Assembly (NCBI GenBank): GCA_964411555.1
Contig: CAYPLF010000007.1
Location: forward strand, 689 to 64,688
Direction: 5' to 3'
DNA length: 64,000 bases
From: an uncultured Bacteroidales bacterium
GTDB lineage: Bacteria; Bacteroidota; Bacteroidia; Bacteroidales; UBA1402
Translations under genes and position numbers: made by a program
Shown here: positions 9,453 through 18,631 of the stretch, piece by piece
How positions within the stretch are numbered: position 1 is the first letter of the stretch
How the letters are laid out: every line of letters begins with the position of its first letter
The notes under the pieces: model-generated
Database searches by the model: none
What the model saw: only the letters and a program-made list of their open reading frames with translations
Told to the model about the DNA's origin: nothing

Positions 9453-10601
9453 CTAGATTCCTTTTCTTCTGATTTTCAGTCTAATGGAGTTTTCTATCGG
9501 TGTTTCGCACACACATGCCAGGTAACCACCTCCTCCAGCTCCCGGCATTTTCCAGGCCAACGCCTTGTCTTTGTATCGTTCAATGACCTCTTGAATCTGT
9601 GGCGTCATCATGGCTGGGAACATGGAAACCTGAGCCTCAAAAGATGCTTTATACGATTGGGCAAACGCTTTTAGGTCTTTTTGCAAAATGGCATCCCAGC
9701 ATGTTTGAGCTGCACTGGCCAATGACTTCACCCCATCTTGTGTGATGGAACTGTTTTTTAGCACGTTGCATCCTGCTTCGCGTGGCCACATCAAGACCAT
9801 GCACAGGTGTTCCTCCAACCAGGTTAGAACAGATTCATCGTGGCACGATTCGATACGTTCCGGCCAGTACTTTCCATTATAGTAGTGCCGGTTCAAACCC
9901 GGCAAACAGATGCCTATGGAATCCTGGGCGCCTGAGATTTCAGACCGTCCCGGTTCGTTTTCATACCGGAACAGCATTTCAGCCAGTTTTTCCGGGTGTT
10001 CCATGGGCAACTGATGGGGCCACAGTTTTCGGGCAGCATTCCGTGTCGAAGTGGACATGCCACAGCGTTCCATAAATTCGATGGTAGGCTCCAGGGAGAT
10101 GGTGATGGCCCAACCGGGGGCAAGACAGGAAACATACGGCTGGTCTATCCAAGTTCCGGCCAAATCCAAGCGGAAAGGTAATTGGCAATGATTGGCCGAA
10201 CGGATGGATGTGGTTGAACGCGAAGGCAATCCGGCCTCGGGAATGCGTTTTAGAATCAGATAGTCAATGCCCAGTTCTCTACAGAAATCTTCTTTTGCCG
10301 GTGAATGGCCGTCTTCGTTTACGATAAACAGGTCTGGCATGAATCGTTTTACGTCATCCTTAAAATCCAGGATACCTGAGCCTGAGTTGATCCAGGCATC
10401 GGTCACATACCGGATGGATTTCACCATATACAGGCGTTCCTGTTCTGAATTCACAGTGCTTCTGCCCTTCAATTCGTAAATGGTGGTATCAGAACCCAAA
10501 CCCACGTACAAGTCACCATAGCCTGCCGCCTCCTTGAAAAAGGCAACATGCCCGCTGTGCAGCAAGTCGTAGCATCCGGATACAAAAACGCGTTTTTTCA
10601 T
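9453..10601 (-). CDS. Fusion protein: cytidylyltransferase-like (HxGH) domain plus fucokinase/HddA-like GHMP kinase domain
   Basis: 382 aa. The N-terminal part has CYDLLHSGHVAFF (HxGH) and SRSTTSIR (ISTT-like). The C-terminal part has RLDLAGTWIDQP, SGAQDS and MPGAGGGGYLACV (GHMP motif III). The motif II P-loop is degenerate. Confidence 0.6.
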   Translation of the reverse strand: MKKRVFVSGCYDLLHSGHVAFFKEAAGYGDLYVGLGSDTTIYELKGRSTVNSEQERLYMVKSIRYVTDAWINSGSGILDFKDDVKRFMPDLFIVNEDGHSPAKEDFCRELGIDYLILKRIPEAGLPSRSTTSIRSANHCQLPFRLDLAGTWIDQPYVSCLAPGWAITISLEPTIEFMERCGMSTSTRNAARKLWPHQLPMEHPEKLAEMLFRYENEPGRSEISGAQDSIGICLPGLNRHYYNGKYWPERIESCHDESVLTWLEEHLCMVLMWPREAGCNVLKNSSITQDGVKSLASAAQTCWDAILQKDLKAFAQSYKASFEAQVSMFPAMMTPQIQEVIERYKDKALAWKMPGAGGGGYLACVCETPIENSIRLKIRRKGI

Positions 10602-10638
10602 AAATTGATACAGTTGACGCTAAAACGGGAAGCTACGT

Positions 10639-11184
10639 TTAAAAACGGTAAGCTTCGTTCAAGAACGGTGCTGCTTCATCCTTGGGTGACAAAATCAACT
10701 TCTCTTTCTCAATCGGCCATTGAATGCCTACTGTCGGGTCGGCAAAGTTCAACGCCACTTCGGTAGCAGGCTGATAGGTATTGTCCACCTTGTATTGGAA
10801 GATGGCTTCCGGACTGGTGACCAGGAAACCGTGGTAAAATCCGCGAGGTACGAACAGTTGCCGTTTGTTTTCCTCTGACAACTCAACAGCGACGTAACGG
10901 CCAAACGTGGGCGAACCCTGGCGGGCATCCACAACGACATCCAGCACGGAGCCGATAATGACGCGTACCAGTTTGGCCTGTGCTGCATCGCCGGCTTGGG
11001 CATGCATGCCCCTGAGTACACCAAAGGTGGACTTGGATTCGTTGTCCTGGATGAACTGTACCTTGCCAATGTTGGCTTCAAACAGGACTTGTTTGTAGGA
11101 TTCCACGAAATAGCCCCGTTGGTCGGCAAAAACCCTGGGTTCGATTACCCATACACCGGGTATGTCTTGTTCAATAAAGCGCAT
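10639..11184 (-). CDS. rfbC: dTDP-4-dehydrorhamnose 3,5-epimerase
   Basis: MRFIEQDIPGVWVIEPRVFADQRGYFVESY.. is a typical RmlC cupin. The track start at 11190 is a TTG; the ATG at 11184 lies 2 nt after the rfbB stop. Confidence 0.9.
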   Translation of the reverse strand: MRFIEQDIPGVWVIEPRVFADQRGYFVESYKQVLFEANIGKVQFIQDNESKSTFGVLRGMHAQAGDAAQAKLVRVIIGSVLDVVVDARQGSPTFGRYVAVELSEENKRQLFVPRGFYHGFLVTSPEAIFQYKVDNTYQPATEVALNFADPTVGIQWPIEKEKLILSPKDEAAPFLNEAYRF

Positions 11185-11186
11185 GG

Positions 11187-12302
11187 TCAACGGTTGGAAT
11201 ACATTCGTTCGTAATAGGTTTGGTATTCTCCGGAGGTAACCTCATTTACCCATTCCTGGTTTTCCAGGTACCAACGGATGGTTTTAACAATGCCTTGCTC
11301 AAAACTCGTTTCAGGGTACCAACCCAGTTCGGCTTTCATCTTGCTTGGATCGATGGCGTAGCGTTTGTCGTGTCCCAAACGATCCTGCACATAGGTAATC
11401 AGGTTGTAGGAAACGGTGGAAAGGTCGGTTTTCAAGACCTTCCTGTATTGCGGTTCCTCTTCCATCAACCGATGGATGGTGTCTATGGTCAGTTTGACGA
11501 TTTCGATGTTTTGTTTCTCGTTGTGGCCACCTACGTTGTAGGCCTCACCGGCCCTGCCCTTGCGGACCACCAGTTCGATGGCCTTGCAGTGGTCTTCCAC
11601 GTACAGCCAATCCCTCACGTTGGTTCCATCGCCGTAAACAGGTAACGGTTTTCCTTCCAATATATTCTTGATAATCAGCGGAATTAGTTTTTCGGGGAAA
11701 TGATACGGACCATAATTGTTGGAACAGCGGGTGATGGTAGCCGGGAATTTGTAGGTTTCGCTATAGGCTTTGACAATCAGGTCGGCCGATGTTTTAGACG
11801 CTGAATACGGACTTCTGGGATCCAGAGGCGTGGTTTCGGTGAAATAGCCGGTGGCTCCAAGGGAACCATAGACCTCATCGGTGGAAACCTGGTGGTAGCG
11901 GACGCCTTCTTTCCATGTGGGATAGCCGTTTTCATCCTTTCCGGTTGTCCAATGAGCCCTGGCAACATCCATCAAATTTTGCGTGCCCAGGATATTGGTT
12001 TCCAAAAAGAGTCGGGGGTTCACGATGCTGCGGTCCACATGGCTCTCTGCAGCAAAGTTCACCACCACGCTGATGGGGTACTTTTCAAACAGCGATGAAA
12101 CCAAGGCTTGGTCGCAGATATCGCCCTTGACGAAGATGCAGCGTTGTCCGTCCACATCGCCGGCTATGGTACCGTAATTGCCGGCATAAGTCAATGCGTC
12201 CAGCACGATGAGTTGAACATCGTCGTAGCTGGAAAGTAAGTATTTCACGTAATTGGCACCGATAAAGCCGGCACCTCCTGTCACTAAATAGGTTCGTTTC
12301 AT
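11187..12302 (-). CDS. rfbB: dTDP-glucose 4,6-dehydratase
   Basis: 371 aa. YLVTGGAGFIGANY Rossmann motif, the STDEVYG and YSASK catalytic motifs. Confidence 0.92.
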   Translation of the reverse strand: MKRTYLVTGGAGFIGANYVKYLLSSYDDVQLIVLDALTYAGNYGTIAGDVDGQRCIFVKGDICDQALVSSLFEKYPISVVVNFAAESHVDRSIVNPRLFLETNILGTQNLMDVARAHWTTGKDENGYPTWKEGVRYHQVSTDEVYGSLGATGYFTETTPLDPRSPYSASKTSADLIVKAYSETYKFPATITRCSNNYGPYHFPEKLIPLIIKNILEGKPLPVYGDGTNVRDWLYVEDHCKAIELVVRKGRAGEAYNVGGHNEKQNIEIVKLTIDTIHRLMEEEPQYRKVLKTDLSTVSYNLITYVQDRLGHDKRYAIDPSKMKAELGWYPETSFEQGIVKTIRWYLENQEWVNEVTSGEYQTYYERMYSNR

Positions 12303-12326
12303 AGCTGTTTCGTTCGTGGTCGGTAC

Positions 12327-13193
12327 TTATCCCTCAATCAGGGATAACAGGTACTGGCCGTATGCGGTTTTGTCTAATTTCTTGCCCAATTCCATCAGTT
12401 GGTCGTTGTCAATCCATTTGTTGCGCCAGGCTATTTCCTCGATGCAGGAAACATAGAATCCCTGGCGGTTTTGGATGGTGGCCACAAAATTCGAGGCTTC
12501 CAGCAGGCTGTCGCAATTACCCGTGTCCAACCAGGCAAAACCCCTGCCAAACAGTTCGACAGACAGTTCGCCCTCTTCCAGATACACCTTGTTCAAGTCG
12601 GTGATTTCGTATTCCCCCCGCGCCGATGGTTTTAGGGCTGCTGCTTTCGCCGTCACGCTGGCATCGTAAAAATACAAGCCTGGAACGGCATAGTGCGACT
12701 TGGGTTGTGCGGGTTTTTCTTCCAACGACTTCACCTTTCCGGTGGCGTCAAATTCCACCACGCCGTAGGCTCTTGGGTCTTTTACGTAATAACCAAAAAT
12801 GCAGGCGCCCTTTTTGATGGTGGCCGCCCGTTTGAGCATGGTGGAGAACCCTTGTCCGTAGAACATGTTGTCTCCAAGAATCAGACAGCCCGGTTCTCCG
12901 TTCAAAAATTCGGCACCCAATACAAAGGCCTGGGCCAGTCCGTTGGGTTGCTCCTGAATTTTATAGCTGAATGACATGCCCAAATCCGATCCGTTTCCCA
13001 GCAAATCCCTGAACATGGGTAAATCGCGTGGAGTGGAAATGATCAACACTTCCCGGATTCCGGCTAACATCAAGGTGGACAAGGGATAATAGATCATGGG
13101 CTTGTCGTACACCGGCATGATTTGCTTGGAAATGGCTTTTGATAGGGGAAACAGGCGTGTGGCACTACCCCCGGCTAAGATGATTCCTTTCAC
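12327..13193 (-). CDS. rfbA: Glucose-1-phosphate thymidylyltransferase
   Basis: (V)[17 protein letters not shown].. is the canonical RmlA N-terminus if the GTG at 13193 is the start, giving 288 aa. The track's longer ORF (to 13283) would overlap the fcl 3' end and adds non-homologous residues. Confidence 0.9.
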   Translation of the reverse strand: MKGIILAGGSATRLFPLSKAISKQIMPVYDKPMIYYPLSTLMLAGIREVLIISTPRDLPMFRDLLGNGSDLGMSFSYKIQEQPNGLAQAFVLGAEFLNGEPGCLILGDNMFYGQGFSTMLKRAATIKKGACIFGYYVKDPRAYGVVEFDATGKVKSLEEKPAQPKSHYAVPGLYFYDASVTAKAAALKPSARGEYEITDLNKVYLEEGELSVELFGRGFAWLDTGNCDSLLEASNFVATIQNRQGFYVSCIEEIAWRNKWIDNDQLMELGKKLDKTAYGQYLLSLIEG

Positions 13194-13230
13194 GTGTGTT
13201 TTTATTGTTGGAAAACAAATGTACAAATTT

Positions 13231-14301
13231 TTAGCGAGCGCAGTACCAGGCATACATCTGCTGCACACCCTCTTCGATGTCAATGCGGTGATGCCAGCCC
13301 AGGCTGTGCAACTTTGAAGGGTCTGTCAGTTTACGCATCGTGCCGTCGGGTTTGTTGGCGTCAAAAAACAGTTCACCGGTATAGCCTACCGTGGCAGCCA
13401 CCAGTTGAGCCAAGTCGCGGATGCTGATCTCTTTTCCGGTACCAATGTTGATGTGGCAATTCCTGACTTCCGGATTCGTCCCCTTCAAGTCAGAGAAATT
13501 CACTTGTTCCATCACAAAGACGCAAGCGTCGGCCATTTCTTCGCTCCACAGGAATTCCCGGGTGGGCGTTCCGGTTCCCCAAATGCTGATTTTATCCTTG
13601 TGTACACCATACTTCGCCAACTTGTCCACCATGGCGGAAAATGGGGCGTTCCCATCTACTCCTTCTACCGGGTACCGGTTGAAATCAGCCCTAAGCGCCG
13701 CTTCATCACCTGCCATCAGGCATTTGCCCAGATGTGCCTTCCGAATCAAAGCGGGAAGCACATGGCTTTTTTCCAGGTTGAAGTTGTCGTTGGGACCGTA
13801 TAAGTTGGTTGGCATGACGGCAATGAAATTCGTGCCGTATTGCAGGTTGTAGCTTTCACACAGTTTCAACCCGGCTATTTTGGCTATGGCGTAGGGTTCA
13901 TTGGTGTATTCCAGGGGTGACGTGAGCAGGCAATCTTCCGGCATGGGCTGCGGAGCTTCGCCCGGATAGATACAGGTGCTACCCAGGAACAGCAGTTTTT
14001 TAACGCCGTATTTCCAAGCGCAGTGGATGATGTTGTTTTGAATCTGCAGGTTGATGTAGATGAAATCGGCCCGATACAACGAGTTGGCTACAATGCCACC
14101 CACGTGGGCGGCGGCCAGGAATACGTATTCGGGTTTTTCCAGGTTAAAAAAGGCATCCACCGCTTGTTGGTCGGTCAAATCCAATTCTTCAAACGTGCGC
14201 AGCACAAAGTGGGAATAACCTTTATTTTGCAGGTTTTTCAGAATGGCCGAACCGACCAGTCCAGTATGACCGGCTACATATATTTTTGCCGTTTTTTCCA
14301 T
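13231..14301 (-). CDS. fcl: GDP-L-fucose synthase (GDP-4-keto-6-deoxymannose 3,5-epimerase/4-reductase)
   Basis: 356 aa. [14 protein letters not shown], an SDR-extended fold, and it lies directly downstream of gmd. Confidence 0.9.
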   Translation of the reverse strand: MEKTAKIYVAGHTGLVGSAILKNLQNKGYSHFVLRTFEELDLTDQQAVDAFFNLEKPEYVFLAAAHVGGIVANSLYRADFIYINLQIQNNIIHCAWKYGVKKLLFLGSTCIYPGEAPQPMPEDCLLTSPLEYTNEPYAIAKIAGLKLCESYNLQYGTNFIAVMPTNLYGPNDNFNLEKSHVLPALIRKAHLGKCLMAGDEAALRADFNRYPVEGVDGNAPFSAMVDKLAKYGVHKDKISIWGTGTPTREFLWSEEMADACVFVMEQVNFSDLKGTNPEVRNCHINIGTGKEISIRDLAQLVAATVGYTGELFFDANKPDGTMRKLTDPSKLHSLGWHHRIDIEEGVQQMYAWYCAR

Positions 14302-14305
14302 GGTA

Positions 14306-15457
14306 TTATTCGAAGTAATTCAATATGCGATACCCACCCTCTTTTAGGTAGGTTTCTTTTTTCATCAACTTGATGTCGCTGAGCATCATATCGTTACACA
14401 GTGCTTTCAGGTCATATTGAGGTGTCCAGTTCAGTTTGGTCCTGGCCTTGGTGGCATCACCAATCAGTAACTCCACTTCCGTCGGGCGGAAATAGGCCGG
14501 GTCAACCCCGACAACCATTTCACCGATACGCGACAAGAAGGGTTCGTAGTGTTCCTCTCCAACCGTTGATACAAAGAGTTCCTTGTTTACAGCTTCCACA
14601 TACCCTTTTTCATCCACACCGGTTCCTTTGAATCCGATGGAAACCCCCACTTCATTGAAGGCCATGGTGATGAAGTCGCGGATGGTAGTGGTGACACCCG
14701 TCGCAATGACGTAATCATCGGGTTGGTCTTGTTGCAAAATCAGGTACATGGCGCGAATGTAGTCTTTAGCATGTCCCCAGTCGCGTTTTGACGACAAATT
14801 GCCCATGAATACGCTTTTCTGCATTCCCAGCGCTATGCGTGAAACGGCCCGGGTTACTTTGCGGGTGACAAACGTTTCACCGCGTAAGGGCGACTCGTGG
14901 TTGAACAAAATACCGTTGCTGGCATGCATGCCATACGCTTCGCGGTAATTCACCGTAATCCAGTAGGCGTAGAGTTTGGCTACTGCATACGGACTGCGCG
15001 GATAGAAGGGCGTAGTTTCCTTTTGGGGAATTTCCTGGACCAATCCGTACAATTCAGAGGTGGAAGCTTGGTAAATGCGGGTCTTTTTGGTCAGTTCCAA
15101 TAAACGGACAGCCTCGAGAATACGAAGGGTTCCCAAACCATCAGCATTGGCCGTGTATTCGGGCGTGTCAAAACTGACTTTCACATGGCTCATGGCCGCC
15201 AGATTATAGATTTCATCGGGCTTGATTTCCCCGATGATGCGGGTAAGATTCAAGCTGTCGGTCAAATCACCGTAGTGAAGAATCATGTTCCGGTTTTCTT
15301 CCCAGGGTGCCTGGTACAGGTGGTCTATCCTGTCGGTATTGAACATGGAAGAACGGCGTTTGATGCCGTGTACCACGTATCCTTTCTTAATCAGATATTC
15401 TGCCAGATAAGCACCATCCTGGCCAGTAATGCCGGTAATCAATGCGATTTTTGACAT
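14306..15457 (-). CDS. gmd: GDP-mannose 4,6-dehydratase
   Basis: 383 aa. [27 protein letters not shown].., ..QASTSELYG.., ..[10 protein letters not shown]... Confidence 0.93.
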   Translation of the reverse strand: MSKIALITGITGQDGAYLAEYLIKKGYVVHGIKRRSSMFNTDRIDHLYQAPWEENRNMILHYGDLTDSLNLTRIIGEIKPDEIYNLAAMSHVKVSFDTPEYTANADGLGTLRILEAVRLLELTKKTRIYQASTSELYGLVQEIPQKETTPFYPRSPYAVAKLYAYWITVNYREAYGMHASNGILFNHESPLRGETFVTRKVTRAVSRIALGMQKSVFMGNLSSKRDWGHAKDYIRAMYLILQQDQPDDYVIATGVTTTIRDFITMAFNEVGVSIGFKGTGVDEKGYVEAVNKELFVSTVGEEHYEPFLSRIGEMVVGVDPAYFRPTEVELLIGDATKARTKLNWTPQYDLKALCNDMMLSDIKLMKKETYLKEGGYRILNYFE

Positions 15458-15482
15458 GGTGTGCGTTTAATGTATGGTAGCG

Positions 15483-17369
15483 TCATGGTTTGGGATTCAA
15501 GTGTGTCAACGATGATTTCAACAGTGATAACGTGGCCGGCATATCCACTTTTTCGGATAAATCAACCAGCTCGTCAATCAGGTCGGAAACCGTTTTGACA
15601 TCACATGCCGGTAAACCATCTACCAAAATGTGTTTATGTTCGGTTTTTAATACGTAACTCTTATTGCTGTAGGGTTGTTCATTCATTTTTTCTCCCGGTC
15701 TCAATCCGGTATAGACTATTTGAATATCCTTGTTTGGAACATATCCGGCCAGTTCAATCAATTTGGAAGCAAGTGTTGAAATATTGACAGGTTCTCCCAT
15801 ATCGAAAACATACATCTGTCCATTCTTACCTAATGATGCCGCTTCCAATACCATTCGGCCTGCTTCCACCAACGTCACATAATAACGGTACATGTCAGGA
15901 TGAGAAACAGTTACGGGACCTCCATCCTCAATTTGTTTTCTGAAACGGGGAATGGCTGATCCGTTTGTTCCCAGTGCATTTCCGAATCGGACAATCATGA
16001 ACTTGGATGTGCTGTCTTTCACTGTCTGCGCCTTTGCTTGTACGTACCGTTCGGCCAGTTGCTTGGTTGCTCCCATGATGTTGGCGGGATTGACGGCTTT
16101 ATCGGTTGAAACCAAAACAAAGCATTCTACACCGTAGTTAAAAGCAGCATCACAGACCATTTTGGCACCTAACGTATTGACCAGAACGGCTTCACAGGGA
16201 TTATCCTCCATCAGTGACACATGTTTGTAGGCAGCAGCGTGGAATACCACCTGCGGTTTAAACGTGCTGAACAGCTTATCCAACCGATTCTTGCTTCTTA
16301 CGTCTCCAATAATGGGAATGATGTGGGTATTCGGATAATTTTTCTGCATCTCCAATTGAAGATTGTGCAAGGGAGTTTCCGCCATATCGAAAAGAAGCAA
16401 CAATCCAGGATTGGTTTGGGCCAGCAATCGGACAATTTCACTGCCTATGGATCCGGCTGCTCCGGTAATCAATATGGTCTTGCCTTTGGATTGTTCCGCT
16501 ATCCGTTCCATATTGATGTGGATTTCATCGCGTTCCAACAAGTTTTCCAACTGAATGGGTTTCATTTGAATCTTGGTCATTCCGGAAGCGTCTACACCTT
16601 CAAGTGGAGGTGAAACCAGTACGGTCAGCCCCATGTCAACGCACGTTTCAATGAATGCTTGTTCGTTTTTGACACTTTGGTAACCCGGAAACAAGATGGT
16701 GGTGATTTCATACTTGCTGAATAACCAATCCAGGTTGTCTTCGTCCAGTATGAACACCGGCAAATCCTGAATACGTGTTCTTTTTGCGTGTTTATCCCTG
16801 GTTACAAAACCTTGAATGAAATGCTGGCTGTGGGAACTGCGGTTGACCCAATTGGCTAAGGCAAGGCTGTGTGAACCTATGCCATAGATCAGTGTTTTTT
16901 TCCGTTTGCCTATGGTGGTCTTTTTTACCCGGTTAAACAGGTATACTATGATCAATCTGAAAAAAAGAATAAGAAAAAAACAAAACAAAAACGTGTTGCT
17001 GACAAAGAGGAATGAAGGTCCTTTGGGTATGTTGAAAAACAGTAAAGTAAAATACAGGATAATCCCGGTCAAGAACAACGAAACAACGATGCGCCATATT
17101 TCCCTGAAGGAAGAGTGACGGATCAATCCGCGATAGGGTTTGAGGGCTATAAAGGTTAAAAGACAGGTCGCCAAGTAGATCAGCAACAAGTAATAACGAT
17201 TGTACTCGCGAACCGGGATGTTGGATGTGATAATTTGTACCCACAGGGAACACATATATCCAACGGCGCATATAAGCATGTCAATGAACAAGACAATGCC
17301 CCTGTTTTTAAGGGAGCTTCTCATCAGCTTGTTGAAGAATTCCCTAAAAAGTAGCGCGTATCTTTCCAC
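15483..17369 (-). CDS. Membrane-anchored polysaccharide biosynthesis protein, CapD/WbpM-type NDP-sugar 4,6-dehydratase/epimerase
   Basis: 628 aa. The N-terminus carries several TM helices, followed by two Rossmann-like halves (ILITGAAGSIGSEI). The start is a GTG at 17369. Confidence 0.85.
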   Translation of the reverse strand: MERYALLFREFFNKLMRSSLKNRGIVLFIDMLICAVGYMCSLWVQIITSNIPVREYNRYYLLLIYLATCLLTFIALKPYRGLIRHSSFREIWRIVVSLFLTGIILYFTLLFFNIPKGPSFLFVSNTFLFCFFLILFFRLIIVYLFNRVKKTTIGKRKKTLIYGIGSHSLALANWVNRSSHSQHFIQGFVTRDKHAKRTRIQDLPVFILDEDNLDWLFSKYEITTILFPGYQSVKNEQAFIETCVDMGLTVLVSPPLEGVDASGMTKIQMKPIQLENLLERDEIHINMERIAEQSKGKTILITGAAGSIGSEIVRLLAQTNPGLLLLFDMAETPLHNLQLEMQKNYPNTHIIPIIGDVRSKNRLDKLFSTFKPQVVFHAAAYKHVSLMEDNPCEAVLVNTLGAKMVCDAAFNYGVECFVLVSTDKAVNPANIMGATKQLAERYVQAKAQTVKDSTSKFMIVRFGNALGTNGSAIPRFRKQIEDGGPVTVSHPDMYRYYVTLVEAGRMVLEAASLGKNGQMYVFDMGEPVNISTLASKLIELAGYVPNKDIQIVYTGLRPGEKMNEQPYSNKSYVLKTEHKHILVDGLPACDVKTVSDLIDELVDLSEKVDMPATLSLLKSSLTHLNPKP

Positions 17370-17392
17370 AGTAAATTGAAATTATGGTGCTA

Positions 17393-17400
17393 CAAATGTA
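17393..17400 (-). promoter_or_regulatory. -7 promoter box (TACATTTG on the minus strand) for the sugar-nucleotide operon
   Basis: Exact TAnnTTTG; 23 nt lie between the box and the GTG start at 17369. Confidence 0.5.
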
Positions 17401-17469
17401 ATTAAATGATTTCATACCCGCAAGATAACAATACCTATACAGTGTTCTCGCAAAATCATGCCTTTTTTG

Positions 17470-17477
17470 TACTTTTG
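17470..17477 (+). promoter_or_regulatory. -7 promoter box (TACTTTTG) for the men operon
   Basis: Exact TAnnTTTG; 18 nt lie between the box and the ATG at 17496. The box lies inside the ORF-track N-terminal extension of menF. Confidence 0.55.
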
Positions 17478-17495
17478 TTTCTTCTACAAGAAGTG

Positions 17496-18620
17496 ATGAA
17501 AATTGAACCGATGAACTATTGTGCCTTACTTGATGGGCTCATCAATAAGGACCAGGTGTTCCTGCTCTATAGGGAACCACACTCGCTTCACCCGAACCTG
17601 GCTGTTGTACCTGCATCTTCCATTGAGTACCTCGAACAAACCGAACACTTGAATGGTAAAACGGGCTATGTTTTTGCTCCTTTTGAGCCGAACGAAGAGC
17701 ACCCCCTCGTTTTACTGGAAAACTATACACGTTACACTGGATATGCCTCCATCTCCACGTTTTTGGAAAAACAAGCAGCACAGGCCATAGAAGCGGAAAA
17801 CTGCCCGGAACGCGTAATGGTTGGCCATTCCGCTACAACGTTGGAGAAGAACCACTATAAAAAAGCATTTAAGGCAATCCACGCTGCTGTAGTCGAGGGT
17901 GATTGTCAAAAAGTAGTTCTTTCACGCAATTGCCTCATTGAACGTCCTGCTCATTTTTCGCCTGCCGGATTGTTTGAGGCTGCTTGTTCCAACTATCCGG
18001 AAGCATATGTCTATCTGTTTCACTCTCCGGTTACCGGAACCTGGTTTGGGAGTACACCGGAGGCCTTGTTGATGGGTGATGGAGAAAACTGGCAGACCGT
18101 GGCTGTGGCTGGTACTAAACAATTGAACGATACAACCGATGTGGTGTGGGATGAGAAAAACCGCTTGGAACAACAAATCGTAACCGATTATGTGGAACAT
18201 ACCCTTGGATCGTTTGGCATACAGACAGAGAAGTCAGGGCCCTATCCTACCCGTACCGGCCAATTGGTCCATTTGAAAACCCAGTTTCAATTCAACCTGC
18301 CGAAAGCCATGCATGATCAGTTGGGAACTCTGATAGGTACTTTGCATCCTACGCCGGCTACCTGTGGATTTCCCAAGGAACAGGCCATGGAACTGATCCG
18401 CCGGCATGAACAGCACGACCGGTCTTATTACTGTGGATTTTTGGGCTCTCTCCTGGAGAATGGAACGACACAACTGTATGTCAACCTGCGCTGCATGAAC
18501 ATTACACCTGCCGGGTTGGTGTTGTATGCAGGAGGTGGAATCATGCCCGATTCGACGTGTGAATCGGAATGGGAGGAAACAGAAAGCAAACTTCAAACGT
18601 TATTGTCTTTGTTGGCATAA
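17496..18620 (+). CDS. menF: Isochorismate synthase
   Basis: Chorismate-binding enzyme motifs (..SRNCLIE.., ..HPTPATCGFPK.., ..YCGFLG.., ..YAGGGI..). It is the first gene of a menFDB(CE) cluster. The start is moved to 17496 because of the promoter box at 17470. Confidence 0.8.
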   Translation: MKIEPMNYCALLDGLINKDQVFLLYREPHSLHPNLAVVPASSIEYLEQTEHLNGKTGYVFAPFEPNEEHPLVLLENYTRYTGYASISTFLEKQAAQAIEAENCPERVMVGHSATTLEKNHYKKAFKAIHAAVVEGDCQKVVLSRNCLIERPAHFSPAGLFEAACSNYPEAYVYLFHSPVTGTWFGSTPEALLMGDGENWQTVAVAGTKQLNDTTDVVWDEKNRLEQQIVTDYVEHTLGSFGIQTEKSGPYPTRTGQLVHLKTQFQFNLPKAMHDQLGTLIGTLHPTPATCGFPKEQAMELIRRHEQHDRSYYCGFLGSLLENGTTQLYVNLRCMNITPAGLVLYAGGGIMPDSTCESEWEETESKLQTLLSLLA

Positions 18621-18631
18621 TCGATAGACCC

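Noticed and set aside
13194-13283. Longer rfbA model starting at 13283
   Set aside because: The extra 30 residues ([30 protein letters not shown]) are not RmlA-like and overlap the fcl 3' end. The GTG at 13193 gives the canonical (M)KGIILAGG N-terminus.
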